This document shows positions 19,408-28,485 of a DNA stretch of 64,000 bases, one piece after another. Source of the DNA: Patescibacteria group bacterium (GTDB lineage Bacteria; Patescibacteriota; Microgenomatia; 2-02-FULL-39-11). The DNA lies in NCBI GenBank assembly GCA_023379265.1, contig JAMCUI010000009.1:252908-316907 (forward strand). The letters are read 5' to 3'. The stretch's first letter is position 1. Each line of letters starts with the position of its first letter. Made by a program: the position numbers and the translations under genes. Below the pieces are notes generated by a model that did not search any database, was not told the origin of the DNA, and saw nothing but the letters and a program-made list of their open reading frames with translations.

Positions 19408-20337
19408 ATGAAAATCTTAGTTACTGGCGGAGCAGGATTTATTGCGTCACATATAGTTGATGCTTTTATAGCCAAAGGGTATGAAGTCTGTGTGGTTGAT
19501 AATTTATCCACAGGGCATAGGGACTTTGTAAATAAGAATGCGGTATTTTATGAGGCTGATATAAGAGACAGGAAAGCAATCGAAAAGATTTTTCAGAGAG
19601 AGAAACCAGATATTATAGATCATCATGCGGCACAAATAAGCGTACGTAATTCTGTTGATGATCCTATAAATGATGCGCAGGTAAATCTTCTTGGGCTCTT
19701 AAATCTTTTGGAGACAGGTAGAAAAACAGGTATAAAAAAAGTGATATTTGCTTCATCTGGCGGGGTCGTCTATGGCGAAGCAAAAAAGGTGCCAACGCCT
19801 GAAAGTTATAAACCGTTGCAGCCGTTGTCGCCGTATGGAGTCTCCAAATTGGCTTCCGAGTATTATCTCCATTTTTATCATAAGACCTACGGTATACCAT
19901 TTGTGGCCTTAAGATATTCCAATGTTTATGGACCCAGACAAAATCCGCATGGGGAAGCTGGAGTTGTTGCTATATTCAGTCTCAAGCTATTGTATGGGCA
20001 GGTACCTGTTATAAACGGCGATGGCAGGCAAACTAGGGATTATGTGTATGTAGCTGATGTGGTAAAGGCAAATGTTTTGGCTGCAAAAAAGTCTGTCGTT
20101 GGAGCTTTTAATATCGGGACGGGCAAAGAGACAGATGTGGTGAAAATTTATGAGAAAATCAGAAAATCTACCGATAGTCAGATAGTCGCAAAACACGGCC
20201 CAGCCAAGGATGGGGAGCAGAAGAGGAGTTGTTTAGATGCCTCAATGGCGGATGAAAAATTGGGTTGGGAACCGCAGGTAGATTTATCCAAAGGATTGGA
20301 CTTAACAGTGGCATATTTCAAAAATCTCAGACAATAA
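19408..20337 (+). CDS. NAD-dependent nucleotide-sugar 4-epimerase (GalE-like extended SDR)
   Basis: TGGAGFIAS, ASSGG, YGVSK, NVYGPRQ, RDYVYV. Confidence 0.88.
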   Translation: MKILVTGGAGFIASHIVDAFIAKGYEVCVVDNLSTGHRDFVNKNAVFYEADIRDRKAIEKIFQREKPDIIDHHAAQISVRNSVDDPINDAQVNLLGLLNLLETGRKTGIKKVIFASSGGVVYGEAKKVPTPESYKPLQPLSPYGVSKLASEYYLHFYHKTYGIPFVALRYSNVYGPRQNPHGEAGVVAIFSLKLLYGQVPVINGDGRQTRDYVYVADVVKANVLAAKKSVVGAFNIGTGKETDVVKIYEKIRKSTDSQIVAKHGPAKDGEQKRSCLDASMADEKLGWEPQVDLSKGLDLTVAYFKNLRQ

Positions 20338-20349
20338 AATTATTCTGCA

Positions 20350-21816
20350 ATGATAAAAAATTCAAAAAAAGTCGTAATTCTAGGAGCAGGATTGGCTGGT
20401 TTGGCCGCCGGATATGAATTGTCCAAAAAAGGGATAAACGTGGAGATCGTGGAAAAATGGGATGATGTGGGTGGTTTGGCTCGTACCATAAATGTAAATG
20501 ACTTTCAGTTTGATACTGGCCCGCACCGTTGGTATACCAAAAGCAATATGGTTAACCGGTGGATGTTGAAACTTCTTGGTAACGAGGTAATAAAAGTCCC
20601 AAGACTGACAAGGATATATTTTGACGGGAAATTCTTCTATTATCCCATAAAACTTATGAACGCCCTTTCGGGAATTGGTATATGGAAAGCCATAAAAGCC
20701 GTAATTGATTATATTTACGCCAGAATCCGCGCAAGGATTTTCCAGCCGAAACTATTAACCATGGAAGATGGCTATATTAATCAATTCGGCAAAACTCTGT
20801 ATGAACTTTTTTTCAAGCGTTATAGTGAGAAATTGTGGGGAGCGGACTGTCGAACTATTTCCATTGATTGGGTGGGACAGCGGACCCGCGGGCTGAATAT
20901 TTTTACCCTTATTAGAGAGACGTTGTTTAAGAGCAAAAGTGTAGTGTCTCTTGTGGATGAATTCTCTTACCCCAAAAAAGGAGTGGGTAGGCTAGCCCAG
21001 AAAATGGCTGAAGAAATAAAGAAAAAGGGAGGGAGAATATACTTGAGTGCTGAAGTGATCGGTATTTCCTGTGAAAAAAACAGCATTAAGTCAGTTGAAG
21101 TATCCTTTAAGAGTAAAAAGAAAACCAGACTTTTAGCTGATTATTTTATTTCAAGCATTCCCCTAAATGAATTGGTCAGCCGGATGACCCCACGCCTAGA
21201 CATTAAATATCTGAATTTAGCTTCAAAGCTCACCTACAGAGATGAATTACAGGTTGCGCTATTTGTAAAAAAAACGCATATTACTCCAGATACATGGATT
21301 TATGTCCATCCAAAGGAGATTCCATTTATGAGAGTGATGGAAATGGATAATTGGAGTGATGAATTATCTCCTGAAGGGACAACTACTTTAGTTTTTGAGG
21401 TGGCCTGTACGATGGGAGATGCCGTGTGGCGTAAAAATGATAAAAATGTCATTGATATGGTATCAAATTCTTATATAAAGGAGTTTAAGCTTATTAAAAA
21501 AAGCGATATATTGGGAGGATATGTCCACCGAGTACCCAAAGAATATCCTGTCTATCATGTTAATTATGATGACGATGTCTTAAAGATTAAAGATTTATTG
21601 AAACAATTTTCCAATCTTCAGATTATCGGCAGGAACGGTACTTTCCGTTATAACAATATGGATCATTCAATTGAGATGGGATTGTATGCCGCTTGGAATA
21701 TTATTGCTGGTCGGAAAAAATATGACATAGAGTCGGTAAATATTGAAAGAGAATATCTAGAGGAGAAAAAAATTGAGAATTTAGAGGATGAGACAGTTGA
21801 GACTGAAGATGAGTAA
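20350..21816 (+). CDS. FAD-dependent oxidoreductase, UDP-galactopyranose mutase-like
   Basis: GAGLAGL, FDTGPHRW, YSEKLWG, YPVY, GRNGTFRYNNMDHS. Confidence 0.75.
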   Translation: MIKNSKKVVILGAGLAGLAAGYELSKKGINVEIVEKWDDVGGLARTINVNDFQFDTGPHRWYTKSNMVNRWMLKLLGNEVIKVPRLTRIYFDGKFFYYPIKLMNALSGIGIWKAIKAVIDYIYARIRARIFQPKLLTMEDGYINQFGKTLYELFFKRYSEKLWGADCRTISIDWVGQRTRGLNIFTLIRETLFKSKSVVSLVDEFSYPKKGVGRLAQKMAEEIKKKGGRIYLSAEVIGISCEKNSIKSVEVSFKSKKKTRLLADYFISSIPLNELVSRMTPRLDIKYLNLASKLTYRDELQVALFVKKTHITPDTWIYVHPKEIPFMRVMEMDNWSDELSPEGTTTLVFEVACTMGDAVWRKNDKNVIDMVSNSYIKEFKLIKKSDILGGYVHRVPKEYPVYHVNYDDDVLKIKDLLKQFSNLQIIGRNGTFRYNNMDHSIEMGLYAAWNIIAGRKKYDIESVNIEREYLEEKKIENLEDETVETEDE

Positions 21817-21822
21817 ACATAT

Positions 21823-22593
21823 ATGACAAAAAATACCAAAGAAAAGAAAGTTGTAGTTGTTATGCCGGCATACAATGCCGAAAAGACAATAAAAAAAACC
21901 TACAATGATATCCCCCAAGACGCAGTAGACGAAGTGATAGTTGTAGATGATGATAGCGCTGACAGTACTGTGAAAATTGCCAAAAAGTTGAAACTTGCCG
22001 TATTTGTTCACGATAAAAATTTGGGATACGGAGGGAATCAGAAGACGTGTTATAGGGAGGCTTTGAGGAAAAATGCCGATATAATAGTGATGATTCATCC
22101 TGATTATCAGTATGATGCCACTTTGACTAAATATCTTGTACAACCAATCATTGACGGAAAGTTTGATATCATGTTAGGAAGCAGGATAAGAAGCAGAAAA
22201 GAGGCTCTTTCAGGAGGCATGCCTTTGTATAAATACATAAGCAACAGGGTTCTTACACTTTTTGAGAATATCATTCTTGATCTGAATCTTTCCGAATACC
22301 ATACAGGTTTTCGTGCTTTTAGCAGTAATGTTCTGAAGAGGTTGCCTTTAGATAAATTTTCAGATGACTTTGTTTTTGACCAGGAAATTCTAGTTAGTGC
22401 CCATGCTGCTGGTTTTACCATTGGAGAAATTGCAGTACCCGTGCGCTATTTTCCTGAAGCATCTTCAATAAATTTTATCCGTTCTACTAGATATGGAATA
22501 ATGATATTGTATACGCTGGTGAAGTATTTACTTAAAGATTACGGCATGGATTTTCCAATATTCCATTTTAAGGGAAAAAGTGAAAAAAACTGA
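21823..22593 (+). CDS. GT2 DPM1-like polyprenol-phosphate glycosyltransferase
   Basis: MPAYNAE, NLGYGGNQK, HPDYQY, GSR, HTGFRAF, FVFDQE. Confidence 0.82.
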   Translation: MTKNTKEKKVVVVMPAYNAEKTIKKTYNDIPQDAVDEVIVVDDDSADSTVKIAKKLKLAVFVHDKNLGYGGNQKTCYREALRKNADIIVMIHPDYQYDATLTKYLVQPIIDGKFDIMLGSRIRSRKEALSGGMPLYKYISNRVLTLFENIILDLNLSEYHTGFRAFSSNVLKRLPLDKFSDDFVFDQEILVSAHAAGFTIGEIAVPVRYFPEASSINFIRSTRYGIMILYTLVKYLLKDYGMDFPIFHFKGKSEKN

Positions 22594-24232
22594 CTTTATA
22601 GTTATTGCCTTAATTATCCTTTTTTCTGTACTTACCCTAAAGGATCTTTTTATTCCGGGATTTTATACAAGTCATGATGGCATTCACCAGATAGTCAGAC
22701 TGTATTATTTTGATAAACTCATGCATGATGGACAGTTTCCACCGCGTTATGTCGGAAACCTGTTGTACGGTTTTGGTTATCCTCTTTTCAGTTTTTCTTA
22801 CCAAATGCCGTGGTTTTTCGGGGAGCCTCTTCATTTTGCTGGATTGTCGGTAATTGATAGTGTAAAGATGACTTTTCTAGTCACTTATGTTCTTTCAGGA
22901 ATTGCTATGTTTATCTTCCAAAAAAAAGTATTTGGTACTTTACCAGCTATTGTAGGTACTGTTGTATACCAATATGCTCCCTACAGATTTTCCAATATTT
23001 TTGTCAGGGCGGCAATCGGGGATGCGACGTCGTTTATTTTTCCTCCACTTTTTTTCTTGGCCATTTATATGATTAAAAAAGGCAAAAAAATTAGTGGAAA
23101 ATGGATTTCACTCTCGGCATTATCCATTGCCGGCCTATTACTTTCCCATGCAATGGTATTTTTCTTATTTATTATTTGTATAGGTATCTATTTTATTTTG
23201 TCATATCTTTTTGTCCCAAATAAAAAACTATTCCTTGTATCTTTTATTTCCATCGGATTTCTAGCATCGGGTCTATCCGCTTATTATTTTTTTCCCTCTC
23301 TAATTGAAAGAAACTATACTGTATTTGCTTCTATATTTGGTCCTGAATTTGTCGGAAATACATTTTTGTCTATTAAAGACTTGATCTACTCTCCTTGGGG
23401 GTACGGTATGATGAACGCGAAAGAAGGAGCAATGTCTCTTCAGGTGGGAATTGGTCAATGGTTATCTGTTATTGCAGGTTTTATAGGATTGATTTGGCTT
23501 TCTTTGCGTCGCAATCTAAGTAATAAAGAAAAACTACTTAGAGGGGAAGCGTTTATTTTTCTTGTCATTTTTATTTTTTCTGTCTTTCTAATGCTTCCTT
23601 TATCGCTATTTTTATGGAAACTTATAAGCCGCTTCGCCATAGTTGATTTTACGTGGAGAGTATTGCCTGTGACAGTGTTAGCAGCATCATATCTGGCCGG
23701 ATTTTTATCATCTGTTGTTCACGGCAGAGAGTTTTTTGCGTTTTTATTAGTACTTATCACGTTATACGCGGTGAGAAATGATACTAGAATAAACCAGGTG
23801 CAGAACTGGTCGATGCCGTTTTACCTTAGTCTAGAATCGACTACTAATCAGAATGATGAATATACACCGCAGTGGGTTAGATCAGATCTGTTGAAACCCG
23901 GCTTACCCAAAGTAGAATTTTCCGGAAATAATGCCGTGATAGATATAAAAGACATGAAATCAAATTATATAAGTTTGGCGGAAAATGCTTCACAATCAGG
24001 CATTTTGCAGATAAACAGAGTTTATTATCCCGGGTGGGTGGCTTATGTCAACGGCCGGCAAGCTCAAATAAATTACAAAGATAACGGTTTTATGAAATTG
24101 CGCGTTGCCGCAGGAAGAAATCTTGTTGAGGCAAAGTTTATGGAGACGCCGCTTAGAAAGATAAGTGATATTCTATCGATCATCTCGCTTTTGGTCGCAT
24201 CATATCTCATAATTAGATACAGGAAAACATGA
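22580..24232 (+). CDS. YfhO/PTPS-related GT-C membrane protein
   Basis: SHDGIHQIVRL, GQFPPRY, GYPLF, PYRF, YYPGWVAYVNG; GTG start. Confidence 0.78.
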   Translation: MKKTDFIVIALIILFSVLTLKDLFIPGFYTSHDGIHQIVRLYYFDKLMHDGQFPPRYVGNLLYGFGYPLFSFSYQMPWFFGEPLHFAGLSVIDSVKMTFLVTYVLSGIAMFIFQKKVFGTLPAIVGTVVYQYAPYRFSNIFVRAAIGDATSFIFPPLFFLAIYMIKKGKKISGKWISLSALSIAGLLLSHAMVFFLFIICIGIYFILSYLFVPNKKLFLVSFISIGFLASGLSAYYFFPSLIERNYTVFASIFGPEFVGNTFLSIKDLIYSPWGYGMMNAKEGAMSLQVGIGQWLSVIAGFIGLIWLSLRRNLSNKEKLLRGEAFIFLVIFIFSVFLMLPLSLFLWKLISRFAIVDFTWRVLPVTVLAASYLAGFLSSVVHGREFFAFLLVLITLYAVRNDTRINQVQNWSMPFYLSLESTTNQNDEYTPQWVRSDLLKPGLPKVEFSGNNAVIDIKDMKSNYISLAENASQSGILQINRVYYPGWVAYVNGRQAQINYKDNGFMKLRVAAGRNLVEAKFMETPLRKISDILSIISLLVASYLIIRYRKT

Positions 24233-25032
24233 ACAAAATATCCGTCGCCATAGCTACATATAATGAAGGGAAAAACATCAGCAAATGCTTGGAAAGTGTG
24301 AAAAGTTGGGTGGATGAGATTGTGATTGTGGATGGTACATCAACAGATGACACTGTTAAAATAGCCAAAGAGTTTGGCGCGAGTGTAATTTCTGCAGATA
24401 ATCCTGACATGTTTCATATAAACAAGCAGAAAGCCATAGACGCATGTAAATCTGGAAATTGGATACTCCAACTTGATGCAGACGAAGTAGTGTCAACCGA
24501 TTTGAAAAAAGAAATTATAGTTGCTATTAATAACCAACAACCAATAACTCATAGCTTACAATCAATCAATGGTTTCTGGCTTCCACGCAAGAATTTTTTC
24601 TTGGGAAGATTTTTTGAAAAAGGAGGACAGTATCCTGACTATACTTTGAGGTTATACCGTAAGGGAAAGGGCAAGTTGCCCTGTAAAAGCGTCCATGAAC
24701 AGGCGGTTGTAGAAGGAGAGACTGCATATCTTAAAAACCCTCTTTTGCACTACCCATATCCAAATTTCGCGCATTATTTAGAACATTTCAATAAATATAC
24801 CGATATATTTGCCGACGAGTTGATAGACAAGAAAATTTCAATTTCTTTTTCTTCTATAGTTTCTTTTATGTTTATAAAACCATTTTTATGGTTTCTTTTG
24901 ACTTTTGTAAGGCATAAAGGCTTCGTAGACGGTTTTCCCGGATTTGTTTTTTCCTTCTTTTCTGCTTTGCGATATCCTGTTTCCTATATTAAATATTGGG
25001 AAAAGAAGAAACTAGGAAATATTTCCAAGTAA
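24229..25032 (+). CDS. GT2 glycosyltransferase (WaaE-like)
   Basis: ATYNE, VDGTSTD, LDADE, PRKNFF, YPDY, VHE, GFVDG. Confidence 0.88.
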   Translation: MNKISVAIATYNEGKNISKCLESVKSWVDEIVIVDGTSTDDTVKIAKEFGASVISADNPDMFHINKQKAIDACKSGNWILQLDADEVVSTDLKKEIIVAINNQQPITHSLQSINGFWLPRKNFFLGRFFEKGGQYPDYTLRLYRKGKGKLPCKSVHEQAVVEGETAYLKNPLLHYPYPNFAHYLEHFNKYTDIFADELIDKKISISFSSIVSFMFIKPFLWFLLTFVRHKGFVDGFPGFVFSFFSALRYPVSYIKYWEKKKLGNISK

Positions 25033-25033
25033 A

Positions 25034-26095
25034 ATGATAAAAGGAAGAAAACTCAAAGTTGCAATTGTTGTTCCTCCGATTGCAGGCCACAAGATGCGCG
25101 GAACCGGCAATTACACTCAAAATCTATATACGGCTTTGAATAAGATTCAAGATGTTGAAGTAAGTTTAAAGACGATCGATGAAATTAGATATTGCACTGC
25201 CGATGTTATCCATTTTCCTTATTTTGACCCTTTTTTTTTGACTCTTCCCTTCATAAAGTCAAAGCCTACAGTAGTCACGGTTCATGATCTTATCCCTCTT
25301 CGTTACCCGAGTCATTTTCCATCCGGTTTAAAGGGTTTTCTAAAATGGAATCTGCAGAAAATTTCTCTTTGGAGCGTCGACGCAGTCATTACTGACTCTG
25401 TTTCATCACAGAATGATATTGAAGGATTTGCCGATATTAAAAAGGAGAAAATACATGTGATCTATCTGGGGGTAACACCGGAATTTAGCAAAGCATACTC
25501 CAAAGATTATAAAGAAAAAGTAATAAAAAGTTTGTCGCTTCCCCAAAAGTTCGTACTAAATGTGGGGGATATCAATTACAATAAAAACATCCCTGGGTTA
25601 TTGAAGGCTTTTTCAGTTTTAGTTTCAAGGAATTCTGGATTGAAATTAATCTTAGTAGGTGAAGGATTTACGCGGCCATCGACAGAATTGGTTCAGATGA
25701 CGGAGTTGATGAGAGAGATGGAAATAGAAGATAAGGTATTGAGAGTTAGTTCATTGGATGTACTCGAATTGGCAGTTGTATATCAACTAGCACAAGTGTA
25801 TGTGCAGCCATCATTTGCTGAGGGATTTGGTCTTCCCGTTCTTGAGGCTTTTGCTGCCGGGTGTCCAGTGGTAGTTGCAAACACCACCAGTCTCCCCGAG
25901 GTGGTAGGTAGTGCCGCCGTTATGTTTAACCCACAGAATACGGATACGCTTGTAAAGTCAATTTCCCTCCTCTTAAAAGACAAGGGTAAAAGAGATTACT
26001 TTATATCCCAGGGAAAGAAGAGAGCAAAATTATTTACTTGGGAAAAATGTGCCAGAGAGACAGCGGAAATTTACAGAAAATTTATCCATAATTAA
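25034..26095 (+). CDS. GT4 glycosyltransferase (mannosyltransferase-like)
   Basis: TVHDLIP, KNIPGLLKAF, EGFGLPVLEAFAAGCPV. Confidence 0.88.
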   Translation: MIKGRKLKVAIVVPPIAGHKMRGTGNYTQNLYTALNKIQDVEVSLKTIDEIRYCTADVIHFPYFDPFFLTLPFIKSKPTVVTVHDLIPLRYPSHFPSGLKGFLKWNLQKISLWSVDAVITDSVSSQNDIEGFADIKKEKIHVIYLGVTPEFSKAYSKDYKEKVIKSLSLPQKFVLNVGDINYNKNIPGLLKAFSVLVSRNSGLKLILVGEGFTRPSTELVQMTELMREMEIEDKVLRVSSLDVLELAVVYQLAQVYVQPSFAEGFGLPVLEAFAAGCPVVVANTTSLPEVVGSAAVMFNPQNTDTLVKSISLLLKDKGKRDYFISQGKKRAKLFTWEKCARETAEIYRKFIHN

Positions 26096-26096
26096 A

Positions 26097-26192
26097 TAGG
26101 AGCTACGCATTCCAATATCATGCTGAATTTGTTTGTGATTCCGAGACTAGTTCGGGATGACAATCTAAACTACGATTTATTGCGTAACTCCT
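26097..26192. repeat. Small inverted-repeat-bounded palindromic element (MITE/REP-like)
   Basis: aggagctacgca (26098-26109) vs tgcgtaactcct (26181-26192), 11/12 inverted match; internal tatcatgctgaa/ttcgggatgaca and attccga/tcgggat stems. Confidence 0.55.
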
Positions 26193-26202
26193 GATTAAAA
26201 TA

Positions 26203-27399
26203 ATGTTTATTTTTATTACTTTTTTAATCTGGAGAGTAGGTTTATTTTCATTGGCCGCTTTAGGTTCAAATTTATTGCCTTTCGCGCCCCGTTTTCCTTA
26301 TGCGGATATGCTTCTTATTCCCTCAGGTCTTCCGTCATGGTTTTGGTCGTTTGCCAATTTTGATGGAGTACATTATCTGACTATTGCCAAAGAAGGTTAT
26401 AGTGCCCAATATACTCAAGTGTTTTTTCCATTTTTTCCTCTAGTATTGAGATTTTTTCAAAATTTGATCTTTTTTGCTAGTCCTGTTTTTGTTGGAATAA
26501 CTTTATCAAGCCTTATATTTCTGGCGTCTTTATATGTTTTGGGAAAGTTAATGTCGCTTGATTATAAAAAAAGTGAAGTGAAATGGATAATTCTTTTTTT
26601 TGTTTTTTTTCCAACATCATTTTTTTTTGGTAGCCTTTATACCGAAGGTATTTTTCTTTTATTTATGCTCAGTGCATTTTATGAGGCTAGAAGAAAACAT
26701 TTCAGACTGGCGGCAGTTTTGGGTACTCTTGCTTCAGCGACGAGACTTGTTGGCATATTTCTCATTCTTGCCTTATGGTGGGAAGAAATTATTGCAAAGA
26801 GGGAGAAGATGGGCCCAAAAGGTTCAAAAACAATTAAATTAGAGACAAAGTACACGGGATATTTTGAAGTTATAATCAATTATTTGAATTATATCGTTCA
26901 CTCTCCAATAACATATATTCTTCCCATAGGACTTCTGGCCTATATGATTTTTCTACAGTGGCAATATGGGGATTTTCTATATTTCTGGCATGCACAGCCG
27001 GTTTTTGGCGCCCAGAGAAGCGGAGCAGGCATAATACTTTTGCCACAGGTAGTTTGGAGATATTTCAAGATTTTTTCAAATTTAAGTCCGCTTAAAGAAC
27101 CTTTTATTATTGCGTTTACTGAATTTGTAGCAACGATATTATCAATAGTTCTCTTAATTATTGCTTATTTGAAGAAAGTTCGGCTTTCATATCTTATCTT
27201 TTCTTGTTTGACGATATTGGTACCAACGCTTACCGGAACCTTTTCTAGTATGCCTCGATATATATTGGTAGCGTTCCCCCTTTTTATAGTTCTTGGGCTT
27301 ATTAAGAACAAATGGTTGAAGATAGTATTGTTGACGATTTTTATCGTACTTCTTTCTTTTTACACAATACTTTTTACAAGAGGTCACTGGGTAAGCTGA
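26203..27399 (+). CDS. PIG-V/GT76-like GT-C mannosyltransferase
   Basis: NFDGVHYLTIAKEGY, FFPFFP, FPTSFFF..YTE, ATRLVG, SMPRY. Confidence 0.8.
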   Translation: MFIFITFLIWRVGLFSLAALGSNLLPFAPRFPYADMLLIPSGLPSWFWSFANFDGVHYLTIAKEGYSAQYTQVFFPFFPLVLRFFQNLIFFASPVFVGITLSSLIFLASLYVLGKLMSLDYKKSEVKWIILFFVFFPTSFFFGSLYTEGIFLLFMLSAFYEARRKHFRLAAVLGTLASATRLVGIFLILALWWEEIIAKREKMGPKGSKTIKLETKYTGYFEVIINYLNYIVHSPITYILPIGLLAYMIFLQWQYGDFLYFWHAQPVFGAQRSGAGIILLPQVVWRYFKIFSNLSPLKEPFIIAFTEFVATILSIVLLIIAYLKKVRLSYLIFSCLTILVPTLTGTFSSMPRYILVAFPLFIVLGLIKNKWLKIVLLTIFIVLLSFYTILFTRGHWVS

Positions 27400-27428
27400 T
27401 TGAATACATCTTAATTCTCCTATAAAAT
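27400..27428 (+). promoter_or_regulatory. Sigma70 promoter TTGAAT-N17-TAAAAT, probably leaderless
   Basis: Canonical 17-nt spacing; -10 ends 6 nt before ATG 27435. Confidence 0.55.
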
Positions 27429-27434
27429 TAAGCA

Positions 27435-28115
27435 ATGAGACTTTTGATAGGGATACCTGCCTATAATGAAGAAAAAATGATTGGGGTTGTTATTTCATCT
27501 TTGCCTAAAAGACTTACGGGAGTTGATAAGGTTGATATAGTGGTGGTTGACGATGGGTCTGAAGATAGAACTGGAGAAATTGCCCAATCTAAAAGGGTTA
27601 CAGTTCTGCGTCATATCATAAACAGAGGATTGGGTGGAGCGTTAAAAACTATATTTGCATTTGCATTAGAGAGAAATTATGATATTTTAGTGACTTTTGA
27701 CGCTGATGGACAACATGAGTCAAAATATATATCTGATGTTATTAAACCTATTCTTTCACAAAAATCAGATGTGGTTATAGGTACCAGATGGAAAAGTAAG
27801 GCACATGTACCCTTTTCCCGAAGATTGATAAACCAATTAGCAAACGTAATAACTTTTATTCTTTACCATGTTTGGACTTCTGATTCTCAATCGGGATTTC
27901 GGGCATTTAATAAAAACTCAATAAACAAAATTAAATTGCAGACTGACGGAATGGAAGTTTCTAGTGAATTTTTTAAGGAGATAAAAAGTAATAATCTGAG
28001 ATTTTCTGAAATATCCATAATTCCTGTTTATTCTGATTATTCATTAGAGAAAGGCCAAAGATTGAGTAATGCTCCTTCAGTAATGATAAATTTACTTTTG
28101 AGGCTATTAAGATAG
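27435..28115 (+). CDS. GT2 DPM1-like polyprenol-phosphate glycosyltransferase
   Basis: PAYNEE, DDGSED, NRGLGGAL, FDADGQH, DSQSGFRA. Confidence 0.85.
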   Translation: MRLLIGIPAYNEEKMIGVVISSLPKRLTGVDKVDIVVVDDGSEDRTGEIAQSKRVTVLRHIINRGLGGALKTIFAFALERNYDILVTFDADGQHESKYISDVIKPILSQKSDVVIGTRWKSKAHVPFSRRLINQLANVITFILYHVWTSDSQSGFRAFNKNSINKIKLQTDGMEVSSEFFKEIKSNNLRFSEISIIPVYSDYSLEKGQRLSNAPSVMINLLLRLLR

Positions 28116-28119
28116 ATCT

Positions 28120-28485
28120 ATGCATTTAGTATTTACACAAGTTGTCTTAAGTATTTTTATTGTATTTGCTCTATCGCGTGTTTTTTTGCGGTTCAAAAGC
28201 GGAGAAGTGACATTTTTGGGATTCCTATTTTGGATTTTGCTTTTCGGATCTGCTTTGGCAATTATCATTTATCCGCCCATTTCTGGGGGTATCGCCAGAA
28301 TATTGGGTATAGGCCGTGGAGTAGATCTTGTTATTTATACTTCAATCGTACTTCTTTTTTATCTTGTTTTTAGACTTTATGTCTATCTTCAAGATATGCG
28401 TCATGAACTGACGAAATTGGTACAGAAGCTGGCTATGAAGGAGTTGGATGAAAAAAATGAAAAAAAACCCTCTTCCCAAAATTAG
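28120..28485 (+). CDS. DUF2304-family small membrane protein
   Basis: 3 TM segments, LGIGRGVDL motif, C-terminal coiled segment; sits after a DPM1-like GT2 as is typical. Confidence 0.8.
   Translation: MHLVFTQVVLSIFIVFALSRVFLRFKSGEVTFLGFLFWILLFGSALAIIIYPPISGGIARILGIGRGVDLVIYTSIVLLFYLVFRLYVYLQDMRHELTKLVQKLAMKELDEKNEKKPSSQN

Noticed and set aside
26620-26628. Homopolymer runs of 8-9 nt (also near 2732, 16093, 62740, 63356) as phase-variation switches
   Set aside because: A/T runs of this length are expected in AT-rich Phe/Lys-rich genes; all frames are intact and no long G/C tracts were seen
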